A stretch of DNA of 61,231 nt, filler included. It is 3 parts of 3 records of this genome, joined end to end, with 100 filler letters (N's around TTAATTAATTAA, not from the genome) between each part and the next. Parts side by side here need not be neighbours in the genome. Positions count along the whole stretch, not along the records: positions 1 to 22,661 come from DRR723986_3518; positions 22,762 to 46,903 come from DRR723986_3519; 1 more part is not named here. One strand, given 5' to 3'. The position numbers were made by a program, and so were the translations under genes. Positions 19,101 through 28,879 of this stretch are shown here, piece by piece. The notes beneath the pieces are model-generated. The model searched no databases, was not told where the DNA came from, and was given only the letters and a program-made list of their open reading frames with translations. The number at the start of each line of letters is the position of its first letter. Positions within the stretch are counted from its first letter, which is position 1.

Positions 19101-21660
19101 CGGCTTCGTTGTCTGCGATCCAGTCATGCAGGCGCAGCATTTTGCTGCGCAGGGTTGCCGAACCAATGTAAAAACGCGGGTTGACGGGATCCAGGCCCAT
19201 GCAGCGCGCCAGTGAATCAACGTCCATCAGGTCAAAGAACGGGTCGCTGCTATCCATGAAGTCACCACCGTCACTGGCGTCGGGACGGATGTCGGCTCGT
19301 GAGATTCCGATGCGGCGGATGCCGTCGAAGTCGGCCAGATCAAGTGAGGCGCCGCCTTTGTAGTAGAGCAGGCCTTTGGAGCCCATCAGCAGTGCCGTCC
19401 ACATGTAGAGGTCAAATTCCTCACCGGTTTTGGGGCGGTGGTGGATGTATTCCATGACCTTGTCCCTGAAGTTGGCCTGTGCGGCGGGCTCGTACTGCGG
19501 GTAGCGCGGAATCATCTCAAAATGTACCCAGGGGTTCATCCAGACCCTGGCGTTGGGATCATAGAACAGTTCGGCATAGTCATCCAATTCCCTGGCGGTA
19601 TGGATTTCATAGTGCGGCTGGAATGTCGCCAGGCCGGCACTGTATTCGACCCAGTCGCGATAGCTTTGTTCGTCGGCGGTCCACATCGAGGGCGGCGCAG
19701 TGCCTTCAACCGCTCCGGCTTTGTGGATAAAGGTTTCGTAGTCGCGCGTCAGATTGGGCGTCTGCGGCGGCGAGGGGATATCACCCCAGCGGTAACCGAT
19801 TTTGAGGCCCATACAGCGGTGGGTGCGTGTGTTAAAATAGTCGTCCTGATCGTTCGCAAACTGGCCGGAATCACCGAAGGGCAGGAAGGGCGCCGCCACA
19901 AAGGTGCCGGTGTGCGCAAAGGTGTGCCAGTATTGCTGCTGCGCGCTTTGGTAGCGTGAATGCAGCGCGTTGTGCATGTCGAGCTCAACACTGCCGGCCT
20001 GTTCGAGCAACAGGTGGATATGGCGCGCCGTGCGCCAGTACATCGCCGGTGTTTCGTCGGCCAGGTAGTGCCGCAGGATGCGCATGTCGCTCCCCTCGGC
20101 CTGGTTGACGGCATCGAGGGCGTCGTAATCGTCCTGCTGGATCGTTTCAATCATGTCGTCGCGATGGCCGCGCAGGATCATGCGCGCCATGCGGCTTTCG
20201 ATACGGACCCAATCAATAGCAACGTCATAACCGCCATAATACCAGACTTCGGGTTGTACGCGAATAATTCCATGCCGCAAGGGCGTGCGCGTCGAATCGG
20301 CCGTGATAATCGGCGGATCCTGACTGAGCTCCGGCCAGGCATAGAGCCATTCCTGTGAGACACCACCGTCGGTGGACACGGCAAAGGACTCATGCCCCGC
20401 CGGCAGGCGGCCGTCCAGCGCGGCATTCGGCGCCGACTCATACCGCGAACTGCGAAAGAATTTGGGCAAACGGAACCAGGCCGAGCGCGTGACATCGCGA
20501 GATGGTGGAGCAGTTGTTGATGGAAACATGTCCTTTGTCAGGCAGAACCAGGTGCGCTCCGTCCCGCCGGCATGCGCGGCCAGCTGCCGGTCCATGATGC
20601 CGTAGTGGTCGTCGGTCTGCAGGCTGGCGGCGGCCGACACACTGTCAAACTCCACATAGACCGTGTCGTAATTGTTGTAGCGTACTGCCGGACTGCCGTC
20701 GGCGAAACTGGTCTGCCATTCCTGCGCATGGATGCAGCGCACACGCAGAGACAGGACCGCTTCGTTGGGCAGAGCGGGGGTATGATCAAGCTCATCACGC
20801 CGGCGTGTGTTAATCGTCAGATACCATTCACTTGAATCCACATGTGCGTAATACAGGGTTGAGTCACCGCCGCGCAGCGTTGTATCGGCCCAGGCGGGCA
20901 GGCGCACAGTATTACCGCCTGGATCCTGGATGTCGATGTCCATCGTGACGATACGCGGATCGCGAATGCTGACATGACTCAGGCCCCATGCATCAAAGTT
21001 ATCCTGGCGCGCAAAGGGCGCACCCAAAAACAATTCATTGTCGGGCTGCGCGCTCGCCAGTACACGTTGTGGTGTTTCCGCTGCCATATTGTTAAACAGG
21101 TTATACGCACTTAGCTCATCGTGTTCGTAGATCGCACGGTCGAAGTCGAAGTGATCGGGATCAAAAGGAAGATCTAAAACGTCTTTGGACGGCACCCTCC
21201 CTAAAATCGCTTCCGCAAAGCCCCAGACGGCGCCGGTCGTATCACCCTCACGCGGTGTAAAGTCATGCGCCACGGCGGCGGTATTGCCGAGCGTCGGATC
21301 CCACTGCATTGCAGTCGACCAGGCATAAGGCATTTTATCGCTTTGACTGACCTCGGCCGAGGCGGCAATCAAATCTATACGGTCGGGGATACGGTAGAGT
21401 TCCTGACGCAGCGGCTGGTGTGCATGCGGCTCGAGTGGTATTGCGAAATGGATCGTGTTAACATGCAATGAGTCACTTAAACTCTTGCGCGGCGGCAGGC
21501 GGCCCCAGTTCCAGCCGAGCACAAACTTATCGGTGGCACGTGTTAATCGGCTTTTATCAGCCGTTGTGCCGGTAAATTCACGTGTCTGCGGGTCGCGATT
21601 TTGCGTGTGCAGCGGCAAACTCATCACAACAAAAAAAGATGCGAGTAGAAAGCGGGACAT
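16168..21660 (-). CDS. Uncharacterised ~1830-aa secreted protein with T9SS C-terminal domain; probable start MSRFLL at 21660 (ORF track starts at 21696)
   Basis: GGGCGGAGCT-ATG start, signal-peptide-like N-terminus, C-terminal TWPQPS...LVDMTGR...DLSDLPKGIY.L...K. Confidence 0.85.
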   Translation of the reverse strand: MSRFLLASFFVVMSLPLHTQNRDPQTREFTGTTADKSRLTRATDKFVLGWNWGRLPPRKSLSDSLHVNTIHFAIPLEPHAHQPLRQELYRIPDRIDLIAASAEVSQSDKMPYAWSTAMQWDPTLGNTAAVAHDFTPREGDTTGAVWGFAEAILGRVPSKDVLDLPFDPDHFDFDRAIYEHDELSAYNLFNNMAAETPQRVLASAQPDNELFLGAPFARQDNFDAWGLSHVSIRDPRIVTMDIDIQDPGGNTVRLPAWADTTLRGGDSTLYYAHVDSSEWYLTINTRRRDELDHTPALPNEAVLSLRVRCIHAQEWQTSFADGSPAVRYNNYDTVYVEFDSVSAAASLQTDDHYGIMDRQLAAHAGGTERTWFCLTKDMFPSTTAPPSRDVTRSAWFRLPKFFRSSRYESAPNAALDGRLPAGHESFAVSTDGGVSQEWLYAWPELSQDPPIITADSTRTPLRHGIIRVQPEVWYYGGYDVAIDWVRIESRMARMILRGHRDDMIETIQQDDYDALDAVNQAEGSDMRILRHYLADETPAMYWRTARHIHLLLEQAGSVELDMHNALHSRYQSAQQQYWHTFAHTGTFVAAPFLPFGDSGQFANDQDDYFNTRTHRCMGLKIGYRWGDIPSPPQTPNLTRDYETFIHKAGAVEGTAPPSMWTADEQSYRDWVEYSAGLATFQPHYEIHTARELDDYAELFYDPNARVWMNPWVHFEMIPRYPQYEPAAQANFRDKVMEYIHHRPKTGEEFDLYMWTALLMGSKGLLYYKGGASLDLADFDGIRRIGISRADIRPDASDGGDFMDSSDPFFDLMDVDSLARCMGLDPVNPRFYIGSATLRSKMLRLHDWIADNEAELLRLQLLGYWNKGYKAYSGVADDDLPLSNFLDLDLDAELPRLQTARLHDDTGNAWSGDAENVQDESFVAFTILKDKNLEIDSVFYVGVLNRRSNPAVYDPNGIGTDLRGGMQFYSSNEFQEHLTGGRFNNFAQPAYAQRGARRITVPFDVHIDDLFVNLHVQEVGGSLDTMIRADQSIALDFTPGEGKLLRVTVLKPDLTAQGGLEYSNQRKLIAWPVANEMMIYHMVYHRPMPTDPTRFEVFYRRSAPIAPVHSDRPLSWESTEVRLGEFVFRDGSGTGTMHSCAYPSLVVREDDNNNAWVYVVYACTEDPAAAILSNPTSQLTIAEHMFPIDANLTSISSTGRFVALAEGNDLAEWGTPVIGAAHGGNFIAWADELLGIGITHRSPLQGSAYAPTTYLHRDPGSGPYNASHPALTSYARLDLDEADAGLAWQENGQIYYTRVELTSGLVTNFIQKYYTHTAMQRVLQDRQMLHLSVDCRENRRPAIYRHIDEGNSIENLNANHTKVIIDMDEVAWEARAPASNVDSTSQPGPWRVHHLSILNVDGVDNGTRYRFRGMTNTPGRIRSLGSDDADIIEPNLAQGDYVANHIDIAGFRWHYNDARDAVLLNLSRGNGQLWHFPLAIGTWKRLWDHGLQLTDYGNRHLLRGSGHNPQLAAMPLINANLNIKRGRRVFSGDDGNIRPSGQYFQKSGADAVVMTFHGFADFTLVGCPTFGGVAGLTVAESRVSFENPIRLREIQVGSPPQTVLDLQRYPDTIRTDSFSITAAADVALDFLGAGLGLMRLDLVRNSDGQRTNLALPVSSDEAVARTSYQLINGGGEMFHLEFYPVSTQSEYTTEVVLGETPLIDGGMARSSQTYPELNARQQFVNLAEGAASGSSTDAIGLATWPQPSAAIVNIGAWLNYSRLHDADPSANSTIRLRLVDMTGRVCHSWNLTSGSSLRADLSDLPKGIYTLHATAQAGRDLLTAGKTLMLK

Positions 21661-21877
21661 AGCTCCGCCCTGTCTGTTTAACATTACAAACCTCATTCAG
21701 ATAAATATGTAGAGTAGATGCAGCAGTAAGCCGCTGCTCGAGTTTATTTCTGTATGCTGGTTGTTGTGGCCAGCATAGATGCTCAGATATTAACAGGCAG
21801 AAGACATAGCTCCGCCCAGCTCACCGGAATTGGTAAACTTCAGAGGGCCGATTCAGAAGTAATATCTTGACTGCGAT

Positions 21878-22660
21878 TTAGCGCAGCAGTAAACCGCGTT
21901 CGTGCACATGTCCCGGAGCGGAACTATTGCGTAAACGCAGGACATAAAAACCGGCTGCCAGGTTCAAGCCGGCCAATCCGAATCGCAGGGAGTGCTCTCC
22001 GGCGGCCATATCTTTTGTTAATAAACGAGATATCAGTTCACCACGCAGATTAAACAATTCGAGCGTATAGGTTCCAAACTGTTTAACAGTCAAAGGCAGC
22101 GTCACCATGCCATTACGCGGAGCAGGGTTGGGGTAATGTTGGCCCAGGGTGAAGGGACGTGGAGTTTCCGCGCGCTCTACAGTAGAAGTCAGAGTCTTGA
22201 CACCTTCATAAATACGAAAGCAACTGGTTGAGCTGTATTGGCTCGTAGCCAGATCGCCAATGCCGTCACCGGTGACGTCGCCGATGTAACGGACGGTTGC
22301 AAATCCGTCACAGTCTACCGCAACCCTCCCAATCTCAATTGCATTTGACAATTGGCTATCAAAGGCGGAACAAACAACAAAACCAAACCTTGTGCCAAAG
22401 CCCCAATCTGGAATTGTATCAGAGTTAACGCTTCCACTCAGCGGAATTACCGTTGATGCCGGAGTAACTGTCGGCTCGAACACCGTCCCAACTTCGAACC
22501 GATCATTTATAAGCCTAAACAATTGTACCTCATCCCGGTCTTTTCCAGGTACCATAAATACACCCAGATCACCATTCTCAAAATGTGCTACTGTGCCAGA
22601 AACATAATCAAACCCTTCTTCCGGCCGCAACTCCGCATCACTAATCGAGTCGAGCATGAC
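21878..22660 (-). CDS. FG-GAP-repeat protein with T9SS C-terminal domain, 5'-truncated by the contig end
   Basis: IGDVTGDGIGDLA FG-GAP motif; LGQHYPNP...LELFNLRGE...GFYVLRL sorting domain; ORF runs into the N spacer. Confidence 0.8.
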   Translation of the reverse strand, partial: VMLDSISDAELRPEEGFDYVSGTVAHFENGDLGVFMVPGKDRDEVQLFRLINDRFEVGTVFEPTVTPASTVIPLSGSVNSDTIPDWGFGTRFGFVVCSAFDSQLSNAIEIGRVAVDCDGFATVRYIGDVTGDGIGDLATSQYSSTSCFRIYEGVKTLTSTVERAETPRPFTLGQHYPNPAPRNGMVTLPLTVKQFGTYTLELFNLRGELISRLLTKDMAAGEHSLRFGLAGLNLAAGFYVLRLRNSSAPGHVHERGLLLR

Positions 22661-22661
22661 A

Positions 22662-22761
22662 NNNNNNNNNNNNNNNNNNNNNNNNNNNNNNNNNNNNNNN
22701 NNNNNTTAATTAATTAANNNNNNNNNNNNNNNNNNNNNNNNNNNNNNNNNNNNNNNNNNNN
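22662..22761. other. Artificial contig-joining spacer
   Basis: 44 N + TTAATTAATTAA (stops in all six frames, 22706-22717) + 44 N; gene content changes across it. Confidence 0.97.
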
Positions 22762-22893
22762 GTGCTGTTTGCCGCCATGCGCGAGCGCATCGCCGTTGCC
22801 GATGTACCGGTGCCCTTCAAAGGTGCCGCGGTTGGCATGGTAACCGCCGGGCTGATGTCTCTCGCCTTTATGGGCTTTGCCGGACTGGTATAG
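22762..22893 (+). CDS. rsxA: Electron transport complex subunit RsxA/RnfA, C-terminal fragment (missing from the ORF track)
   Basis: Translates [43 protein letters not shown], directly upstream of rsxB. Confidence 0.92.
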   Translation: MLFAAMRERIAVADVPVPFKGAAVGMVTAGLMSLAFMGFAGLV

Positions 22894-22903
22894 CGGAGCC
22901 TTT

Positions 22904-23509
22904 ATGATCGAGCTAATTACTCAACACCCCTTCGCTGCAGCGCTACTGGCACTGGTCAGTCTGGGCCTAGTATTCGGCGCACTACTGGGTTTTGCTTCGG
23001 TAAAATTTAAGACCGAAGGCGACCCCATCGCCGATCAGGTAGAAGCGCTGCTGCCGCAAACCCAGTGTGGCCAATGCGGCTACCCTGGCTGCCGCCCCTA
23101 TGCCGAAGCCATTGCCAACGGCGACGACATTAACAAGTGCCCGCCCGGCGGCGAGGCGACCATCGCGGCGCTTGCCGACCTGCTGGGTGTGGAGGCCAAA
23201 CCCCTCGACGCCGCCGAAGAAGCCGTACCCTCGGTGGCCTATATTCGCGAGGACGAATGCATCGGCTGTACCAAGTGCATTCAAGCCTGCCCCGTCGACG
23301 CCATACTTGGCGCCGCCAAGCATATGCACACCGTTATCGCGAGCGAGTGCACCGGCTGTGACCTTTGTGTTGAGCCCTGCCCGGTGGATTGCATAGAAAT
23401 GCGGCCCATCGAGACCACATTGCAGACCTGGCACTGGGACAAGCCGCAGCCGACAGAAGACCTAATCGCCAGCGACCGCCGCGGCAACTCGCCGATTGAA
23501 GCGGCCTGA
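22904..23509 (+). CDS. rsxB: Electron transport complex subunit RsxB/RnfB
   Basis: [23 protein letters not shown], two ferredoxin motifs [12 protein letters not shown] and [19 protein letters not shown] before ATG 22904. Confidence 0.95.
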   Translation: MIELITQHPFAAALLALVSLGLVFGALLGFASVKFKTEGDPIADQVEALLPQTQCGQCGYPGCRPYAEAIANGDDINKCPPGGEATIAALADLLGVEAKPLDAAEEAVPSVAYIREDECIGCTKCIQACPVDAILGAAKHMHTVIASECTGCDLCVEPCPVDCIEMRPIETTLQTWHWDKPQPTEDLIASDRRGNSPIEAA

Positions 23510-23536
23510 ACGCACGCCCGAGGATAGTCACGAAGC

Positions 23537-25918
23537 ATGAGAAAGATTTGGGACATTCACGGCGGCATTCACCCGCCCGAGAATAAAACACAATCACTGC
23601 AAGACAATATCCGCGCCGCCGGTATTCCGGCCCAATTGATTGTGCCCCTGTCTCAGCACATCGGCGCGCCCGCCGCGCCCATTGTTAATGTCGGCGACCG
23701 CGTACTAAAAGGTCAGATGATCGGCGAGGCCAAGGGCTTTGTCAGTGCCCCCGTGCACGCGCCTAGCTCTGGCACAGTGGCCGCCATTGAACCGCGCGTT
23801 ATCCCCCACCCGTCGGGCATGAGTGCGCCCTGCGTGGTAATTAACTGCGACGGCAAAGACGAATGGATCAGCCACCAGGGCATTAGCGACTACCGCAGCC
23901 TCGACAAAAACACCCTGGTCGACACCATCCGCAACGCCGGTATTGCCGGGATGGGCGGCGCCGGTTTTCCAAGCTCGGTAAAACTCAGTGGCGGTAAAGA
24001 CAAACCCATTGAAACACTGATCCTCAACGGCACCGAGTGTGAGCCCTATATCACCGCCGACGATATTTTAATGCAGGAGCGCGCCGCCGAAATTATCGCT
24101 GGCGCCGAAATCCTGCGGCATATTGTCGAGCCAAACGAGACCCTGATCGGCGTTGAAGACAACAAGCCCGAAGCGCTGGCAGCCATGCGCGCTGCCGCCG
24201 AAGGCACTGGCATTGAAGTGGTTAGCTTCCCCACCAAGTACCCGTCAGGCGGCGAAAAGCAGCTGATTCAAATTCTCACCGGCAAGGAAGTCCCCTCCGG
24301 CGGCCTGCCCGCCGATATCGGTATTGTCTGTCAGAATATCGGCAGCGCTCGCGCCATCTATCGCGCCGTTTGCCACGGTGAACCGCTGATCTCCCGCGTA
24401 ACCACCGTCACCGGTGAGGCCTGCAGCACACCGCGCAACTACGATGTATTGATCGGCACCCCGGTGCAATATCTACTCGACCTCAGCCATTTCGACGCCA
24501 GTCGCTGCATTCGCCTGATTATGGGTGGACCGATGATGGGCTACACCCTGCAAGATACCGCGGTGCCCATCGTCAAAACCAGCAACTGCGTGCTGGCACC
24601 CACCGTCGAGGAGCTGCCGCCACCGCCACCTGCACAAGCCTGTATTCGCTGCGGCATGTGCGCCGAAGCCTGTCCGGTATCGCTGCTGCCTCAGCAAATG
24701 TACTGGTTCTCACGCGCGCAAGAGCACGACAAACTCGAGGAACACAACCTCGCCGACTGCATTGAATGCGGCGCCTGCTCCTACGTCTGCCCCAGCAATA
24801 TCCCGCTGGTGCAGTACTACCGCGCCTCCAAGGCAGAAATTCGCCAGGCCCAGCAAGACAAGATAAAGGCCGAGCGTTCAAAAGAGCGCTTCGAGGCACG
24901 GCAGGCACGTATCGAACGCGAGGCCGCCGAGAAAGAAGCCAAGCGCAAGGCGCGCCTGGAGGCCGCTAAGGCCAAGCAACAATCTGCCACCAAAGACGGC
25001 AGTAAAGACGACATTATCCAGGCTGCGATCGCCCGCAGTAAGGCGAAAAAGTCCGGTGGCGCCGACAACCCGCCGCAAGACCCCGCCCAGGCGGCCATTG
25101 CCCGCGCCCAAGCCGCGCGAAGTGGCGACGCCGTCAGCGAAACTGCCGAAGAAAAAACCGCTCGTCTGGAAAAACAGCTGGCCAGCACTGAAAAACGCCT
25201 GGCAGCGGCCCAGCAAAAATTACAGCTGGCCATCGACAATAATGATGACAATGTTGAGGCCTTCCGCAGCGGCGTAGAAAAAACCGAGGGCAAGTTGCAA
25301 GCATTACGCAAGGAGCTCGACGCCCACCGCGCCAGCCAGGCACCTGCGCCCGCTGAAAGTGTTAGCGACGACCCGACAGCCGCGGCGATCGCCCGCGCCC
25401 AGGCCAAGCGTGCAGGCGGGGCTGAAACGGAAAGTCCGGATGCCGCCCGCGAGCGCCTGACGACGCAAATTGCCAGCACCGAAAAACGCCTCGACGCTGC
25501 CCAGCAAAAATACGCTGATGCGCAGGCCCAGGGCGATGCCAATGCTGCCGCCTTTGCCACCGCCGTAGAGAAAACTCAGGCGAAGCTGGACAAACTGCGC
25601 GCTGAACTAGCGGCGCTTCCCGCCGCCGAGCCTGAACCGGCCGCCGAGGTAAGCAATGCCGACGACCCCGCCGCTCAGGCCATTGCCCGGGCACTGGCCG
25701 CACGCAACGCCAATGCCGAGTTGAGCGAGGCGGACAAGGCGCGCAACGCGGTCAGCTCGCTGGAAAAACGCATTGCCAAAACCCAGCAAAAACTCGACCA
25801 AGCCCAGGCCGATGGCGACGACAACGCCGCGATTCTGTCCGACACCCTGGCCAAATTACAGGGCAAGCTGGACGAGGCTCGTCAGGCCTTGGACGCCCTT
25901 AGCCAGGAAGAGAACTAA
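23537..25918 (+). CDS. rsxC: Electron transport complex subunit RsxC/RnfC with an extended repetitive C-terminal tail
   Basis: GGIHPPENK, GMGGAGFP, ECEPYITAD, KYPSGGEKQL, CIRCGMCAEACP, CIECGACSYVCP. Confidence 0.95.
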   Translation: MRKIWDIHGGIHPPENKTQSLQDNIRAAGIPAQLIVPLSQHIGAPAAPIVNVGDRVLKGQMIGEAKGFVSAPVHAPSSGTVAAIEPRVIPHPSGMSAPCVVINCDGKDEWISHQGISDYRSLDKNTLVDTIRNAGIAGMGGAGFPSSVKLSGGKDKPIETLILNGTECEPYITADDILMQERAAEIIAGAEILRHIVEPNETLIGVEDNKPEALAAMRAAAEGTGIEVVSFPTKYPSGGEKQLIQILTGKEVPSGGLPADIGIVCQNIGSARAIYRAVCHGEPLISRVTTVTGEACSTPRNYDVLIGTPVQYLLDLSHFDASRCIRLIMGGPMMGYTLQDTAVPIVKTSNCVLAPTVEELPPPPPAQACIRCGMCAEACPVSLLPQQMYWFSRAQEHDKLEEHNLADCIECGACSYVCPSNIPLVQYYRASKAEIRQAQQDKIKAERSKERFEARQARIEREAAEKEAKRKARLEAAKAKQQSATKDGSKDDIIQAAIARSKAKKSGGADNPPQDPAQAAIARAQAARSGDAVSETAEEKTARLEKQLASTEKRLAAAQQKLQLAIDNNDDNVEAFRSGVEKTEGKLQALRKELDAHRASQAPAPAESVSDDPTAAAIARAQAKRAGGAETESPDAARERLTTQIASTEKRLDAAQQKYADAQAQGDANAAAFATAVEKTQAKLDKLRAELAALPAAEPEPAAEVSNADDPAAQAIARALAARNANAELSEADKARNAVSSLEKRIAKTQQKLDQAQADGDDNAAILSDTLAKLQGKLDEARQALDALSQEEN

Positions 25919-25920
25919 TC

Positions 25921-26970
25921 ATGGCGTTTTTGAAAGTAAGTTCCCCCCACGCCCACGGCCCGATGAGCACCGGCCGCGTTATGCGTCTGGTGTTAATGGC
26001 GACCATTCCAGGCTTGGTGGCACTCACCTGGTTTTTTGGTTTTGGCACCCTCACCAATGTGTTGTGGGCCAGCCTGAGCGCCCTCGCTTTTGAAGCACTG
26101 GCCCTGAAGCTGCGCAAACGCCCCATCGCGTTTTATTTAAACGATTGCAGTGCACTGGTCACCGCGTTCTTACTCGGTATCGCCCTGCCACCCGGCTCGC
26201 CCCTATGGCTGATTCTGGTGGGCACCGGTTTCGCCATCTTACTGTGCAAGCACATGTACGGCGGCATGGGCTACAACCCGTTTAATCCGGCAATGGCAGC
26301 TTATGTATTGCTGCTGATCTCCTTCCCGGTTGAAATGACTAACTGGCTGGCACCGCGCGGCGCCGTGCCGGCATCCGAGCTTCTCGGCCCCGTCGACGCA
26401 CTGTTGCGTAGCCTCGGCATTGGCAGTGCCCCCATAGACGGTGTGAGCATGGCCACACCGCTGGATATCCTCAAACAAAACGACGCGCTACTGGTCGACG
26501 ACCTTTGGGCACAAACCCCACAATTCGGCACCGTAGCGGGCATCGGTTGGGAATGGGTCAACCTGGCCTTTTTGCTCGGCGGGCTGTACCTGCTCTATCG
26601 CCGCGTCTTCACTTGGCACGCGCCCCTGAGCATGCTGCTGGCGATTGCCATTATGGCTCTGTTGTTTAACGACGGCGGCAGCTCTGCCTCCGGCGGCGGC
26701 GCACTGTTCAATCTGTTCAGCGGCGCCACCATGTTCGGTGCGTTCTTCATTATCACCGACCCGGTAAGCTCGGCAGTGTCCAATCGCGGGCGGGTGATCT
26801 ACGGCGCGTTGATCGGCGTGCTGGTCTACATTATTCGCGCATGGGGTAATTACCCTGACGCCGTCGCCTTTGCGGTGCTGTTAATGAACTTTGCCGCGCC
26901 CTTCATCGACCACTACACTCAGCCGCGCACTTACGGGCATAAAAAGCCCAACGCGCAGGAGAAAGCGTAA
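25921..26970 (+). CDS. rsxD: Electron transport complex subunit RsxD/RnfD
   Basis: SSPHAH, GGMGYNPFNPA, FMN site SMATPL, FFIITDPVS, YPDAVAFAVL. Confidence 0.95.
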   Translation: MAFLKVSSPHAHGPMSTGRVMRLVLMATIPGLVALTWFFGFGTLTNVLWASLSALAFEALALKLRKRPIAFYLNDCSALVTAFLLGIALPPGSPLWLILVGTGFAILLCKHMYGGMGYNPFNPAMAAYVLLLISFPVEMTNWLAPRGAVPASELLGPVDALLRSLGIGSAPIDGVSMATPLDILKQNDALLVDDLWAQTPQFGTVAGIGWEWVNLAFLLGGLYLLYRRVFTWHAPLSMLLAIAIMALLFNDGGSSASGGGALFNLFSGATMFGAFFIITDPVSSAVSNRGRVIYGALIGVLVYIIRAWGNYPDAVAFAVLLMNFAAPFIDHYTQPRTYGHKKPNAQEKA

Positions 26971-27608
26971 TGCTCGGCCAATCCATTACGAAAAACGGTT
27001 TGCTGCTGGGACTGTTCGCCGTGGTGACCACCGGCGTAATCGCCGGCACCTATCTCTCTACCCGCGGCTTGGTGCAGGACAATATTCGCGCCGCCGAGGA
27101 ACGCGCCCTGCTGGAAATTATCCCCCGCGATCGCCACGACAATAGCATGCTCGACGACGCCGTTGCGCTTGGCGACGATGCCCTCCTCGGCCTTCGAGAG
27201 CCGCGCAATGCCTACCGCGCCAAACAAAACGGTGAGGTAGTGGCGGTGATTCTCCCGGCGACCGCCCGCGATGGCTACACCGGCGATATCGACCTGATCA
27301 TCGGCGTCAATCGCGACGGCAGCGTAGCCGGTGTGCGGGTACTGAGCCACCGCGAAACACCGGGCCTGGGTGACCAGATCGACTACAAGAAAAGCCAGTG
27401 GGTAGACGGCTTTATCGGCCGCAGCCTGCTCAACCCCAAAGCAGAAAAGTGGACAGTGAAGAAAGATGGCGGCGTCTTTGACCAGTTCACCGGCGCCACT
27501 ATCACGCCGCGCGCCGTTACCGCTGCCGTGAAACGCAGCCTGGAATTCTATGCGCAGCAGCGGCCCATGTTGCTAGACGAAGTGAAGCAGGAGAAAGGCG
27601 ATGAGTGA
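26970..27608 (+). CDS. rsxG: Electron transport complex subunit RsxG/RnfG
   Basis: [23 protein letters not shown] (FMN-binding threonine). Confidence 0.95.
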   Translation: MLGQSITKNGLLLGLFAVVTTGVIAGTYLSTRGLVQDNIRAAEERALLEIIPRDRHDNSMLDDAVALGDDALLGLREPRNAYRAKQNGEVVAVILPATARDGYTGDIDLIIGVNRDGSVAGVRVLSHRETPGLGDQIDYKKSQWVDGFIGRSLLNPKAEKWTVKKDGGVFDQFTGATITPRAVTAAVKRSLEFYAQQRPMLLDEVKQEKGDE

Positions 27609-28314
27609 TGTGAACTACCGCGAGATCTCCCTGAACGGCTTGTGGAAAAACAACCCCGCCATCGTGCAACTGCTGGGCCTGTGCCCACTGCTGGCCGTTA
27701 CCGGCTCGGTGATCAACGCCATCGGCATGGGGCTGGCCACCATCTTCGTACTCACGGTGTCAAATACCTGCGTGTCGCTGATTCGCAACATCACCTCCGA
27801 TGCCGTGCGACTGCCAGCCTTTGTAATGATTATTGCCGCGGCTGTGACCTGCATAGAACTGTTGATGCAGGCCTTCGCCTATGAACTGTTTCAGATCCTC
27901 GGCATCTTCCTGCCGCTGATTACCACCAATTGCGTGATTCTCGGCCGCGCCGACGCCTTCGCCAGCAAGAACCGCCTGCTGCCGTCTATGTACGACGGTT
28001 TCATTATGGGGCTGGGCTTTTCAGCGGTGCTAATTCTGCTCGGCGCCATCCGCGAAGTGGTTGGCACGGGCCATATCTTCGCCAACATGGAGCTGTTGTT
28101 CGGCGAGTCCGCAAAGGCCTGGAAGATTGTTTTGGTTGACGACTACAAGGCCTTCCTGGTGGCGATATTGCCCCCCGGCGCCTTCATCTTCACTGGCCTG
28201 ATTATCGCCCTGAAAAACGTGATCGACGGCGAGATTCAAAAGCGCGAGGCCGCCAAAGCGGAAAACACCGCGCCGACCAGTCGCCGCGTACGGGTCACCG
28301 GCAATATTAGCTGA
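27601..28314 (+). CDS. rsxE: Electron transport complex subunit RsxE/RnfE
   Basis: [36 protein letters not shown]. Confidence 0.95.
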   Translation: MSDVNYREISLNGLWKNNPAIVQLLGLCPLLAVTGSVINAIGMGLATIFVLTVSNTCVSLIRNITSDAVRLPAFVMIIAAAVTCIELLMQAFAYELFQILGIFLPLITTNCVILGRADAFASKNRLLPSMYDGFIMGLGFSAVLILLGAIREVVGTGHIFANMELLFGESAKAWKIVLVDDYKAFLVAILPPGAFIFTGLIIALKNVIDGEIQKREAAKAENTAPTSRRVRVTGNIS

Positions 28315-28322
28315 GCCAACGC

Positions 28323-28346
28323 TAAGGCGGGCTTAGCTCCGCCTTA
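28323..28346. terminator. Hairpin between convergent rsxE and SnoaL-like genes
   Basis: taaggcgg-gcttagct-ccgcctta; no clear T tract. Confidence 0.45.
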
Positions 28347-28784
28347 CAGTTCAAATAACAGGTGCTGGCTGAGATCGCCGACCAAATCCACATGCATTTC
28401 GCGGCGGGCAAAACCCCACACGCCGTCCCGCTTGCACAGTTCATCCCGATATCGACCGCTGATAATAGGCTGTAAGGCCAGTGCATCGGTGGCCTGCAGC
28501 ACGGTATAGCAGGCACGCGCCGTCGCGCTGACCGCGCCCGGCGAATGTTCGATAATCACATTACTAATCAGGTGGCGGGTTTTCGGCGTGTTGCTGTCGG
28601 CATAGAGTCGCGTCGACTGCTGGTACATCGCCAGCACGGCCTCCTCGCCACTCACCACACTGTTGTGCGCTGGCGCGACAATATCGGCGTCGCGAAACAA
28701 GGCCGCGACGCCGGCAAAGTCACCGGCATCAATTTTTTCAGCGTAGAGATACAGTAAGTTTTCAATCTGACGCGCGTCGTCCAC
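28344..28784 (-). CDS. SnoaL-like / NTF2-family protein
   Basis: IENLLYLYAEKIDAGDF...TRHLISNV...SGRYRDEL...W.F..R. Confidence 0.85.
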   Translation of the reverse strand: MDDARQIENLLYLYAEKIDAGDFAGVAALFRDADIVAPAHNSVVSGEEAVLAMYQQSTRLYADSNTPKTRHLISNVIIEHSPGAVSATARACYTVLQATDALALQPIISGRYRDELCKRDGVWGFARREMHVDLVGDLSQHLLFEL

Positions 28785-28879
28785 GGCGACCTCACTCGAG
28801 CATTAGCGAGGGAGTACTACACGCAATTTCGCTGCGCCGGTCAAGCCGCCCACCGCGGCGCAGCGATTCGCGCCAGGTA

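Noticed and set aside
22662-22761. TTAATTAATTAA palindrome flanked by Ns (repeated at 46904-47003)
   Set aside because: Identical 100-nt artificial linker with stops in all frames. It is not biological, and neighbourhoods across it (e.g. integron next to dpp genes) are artefacts.
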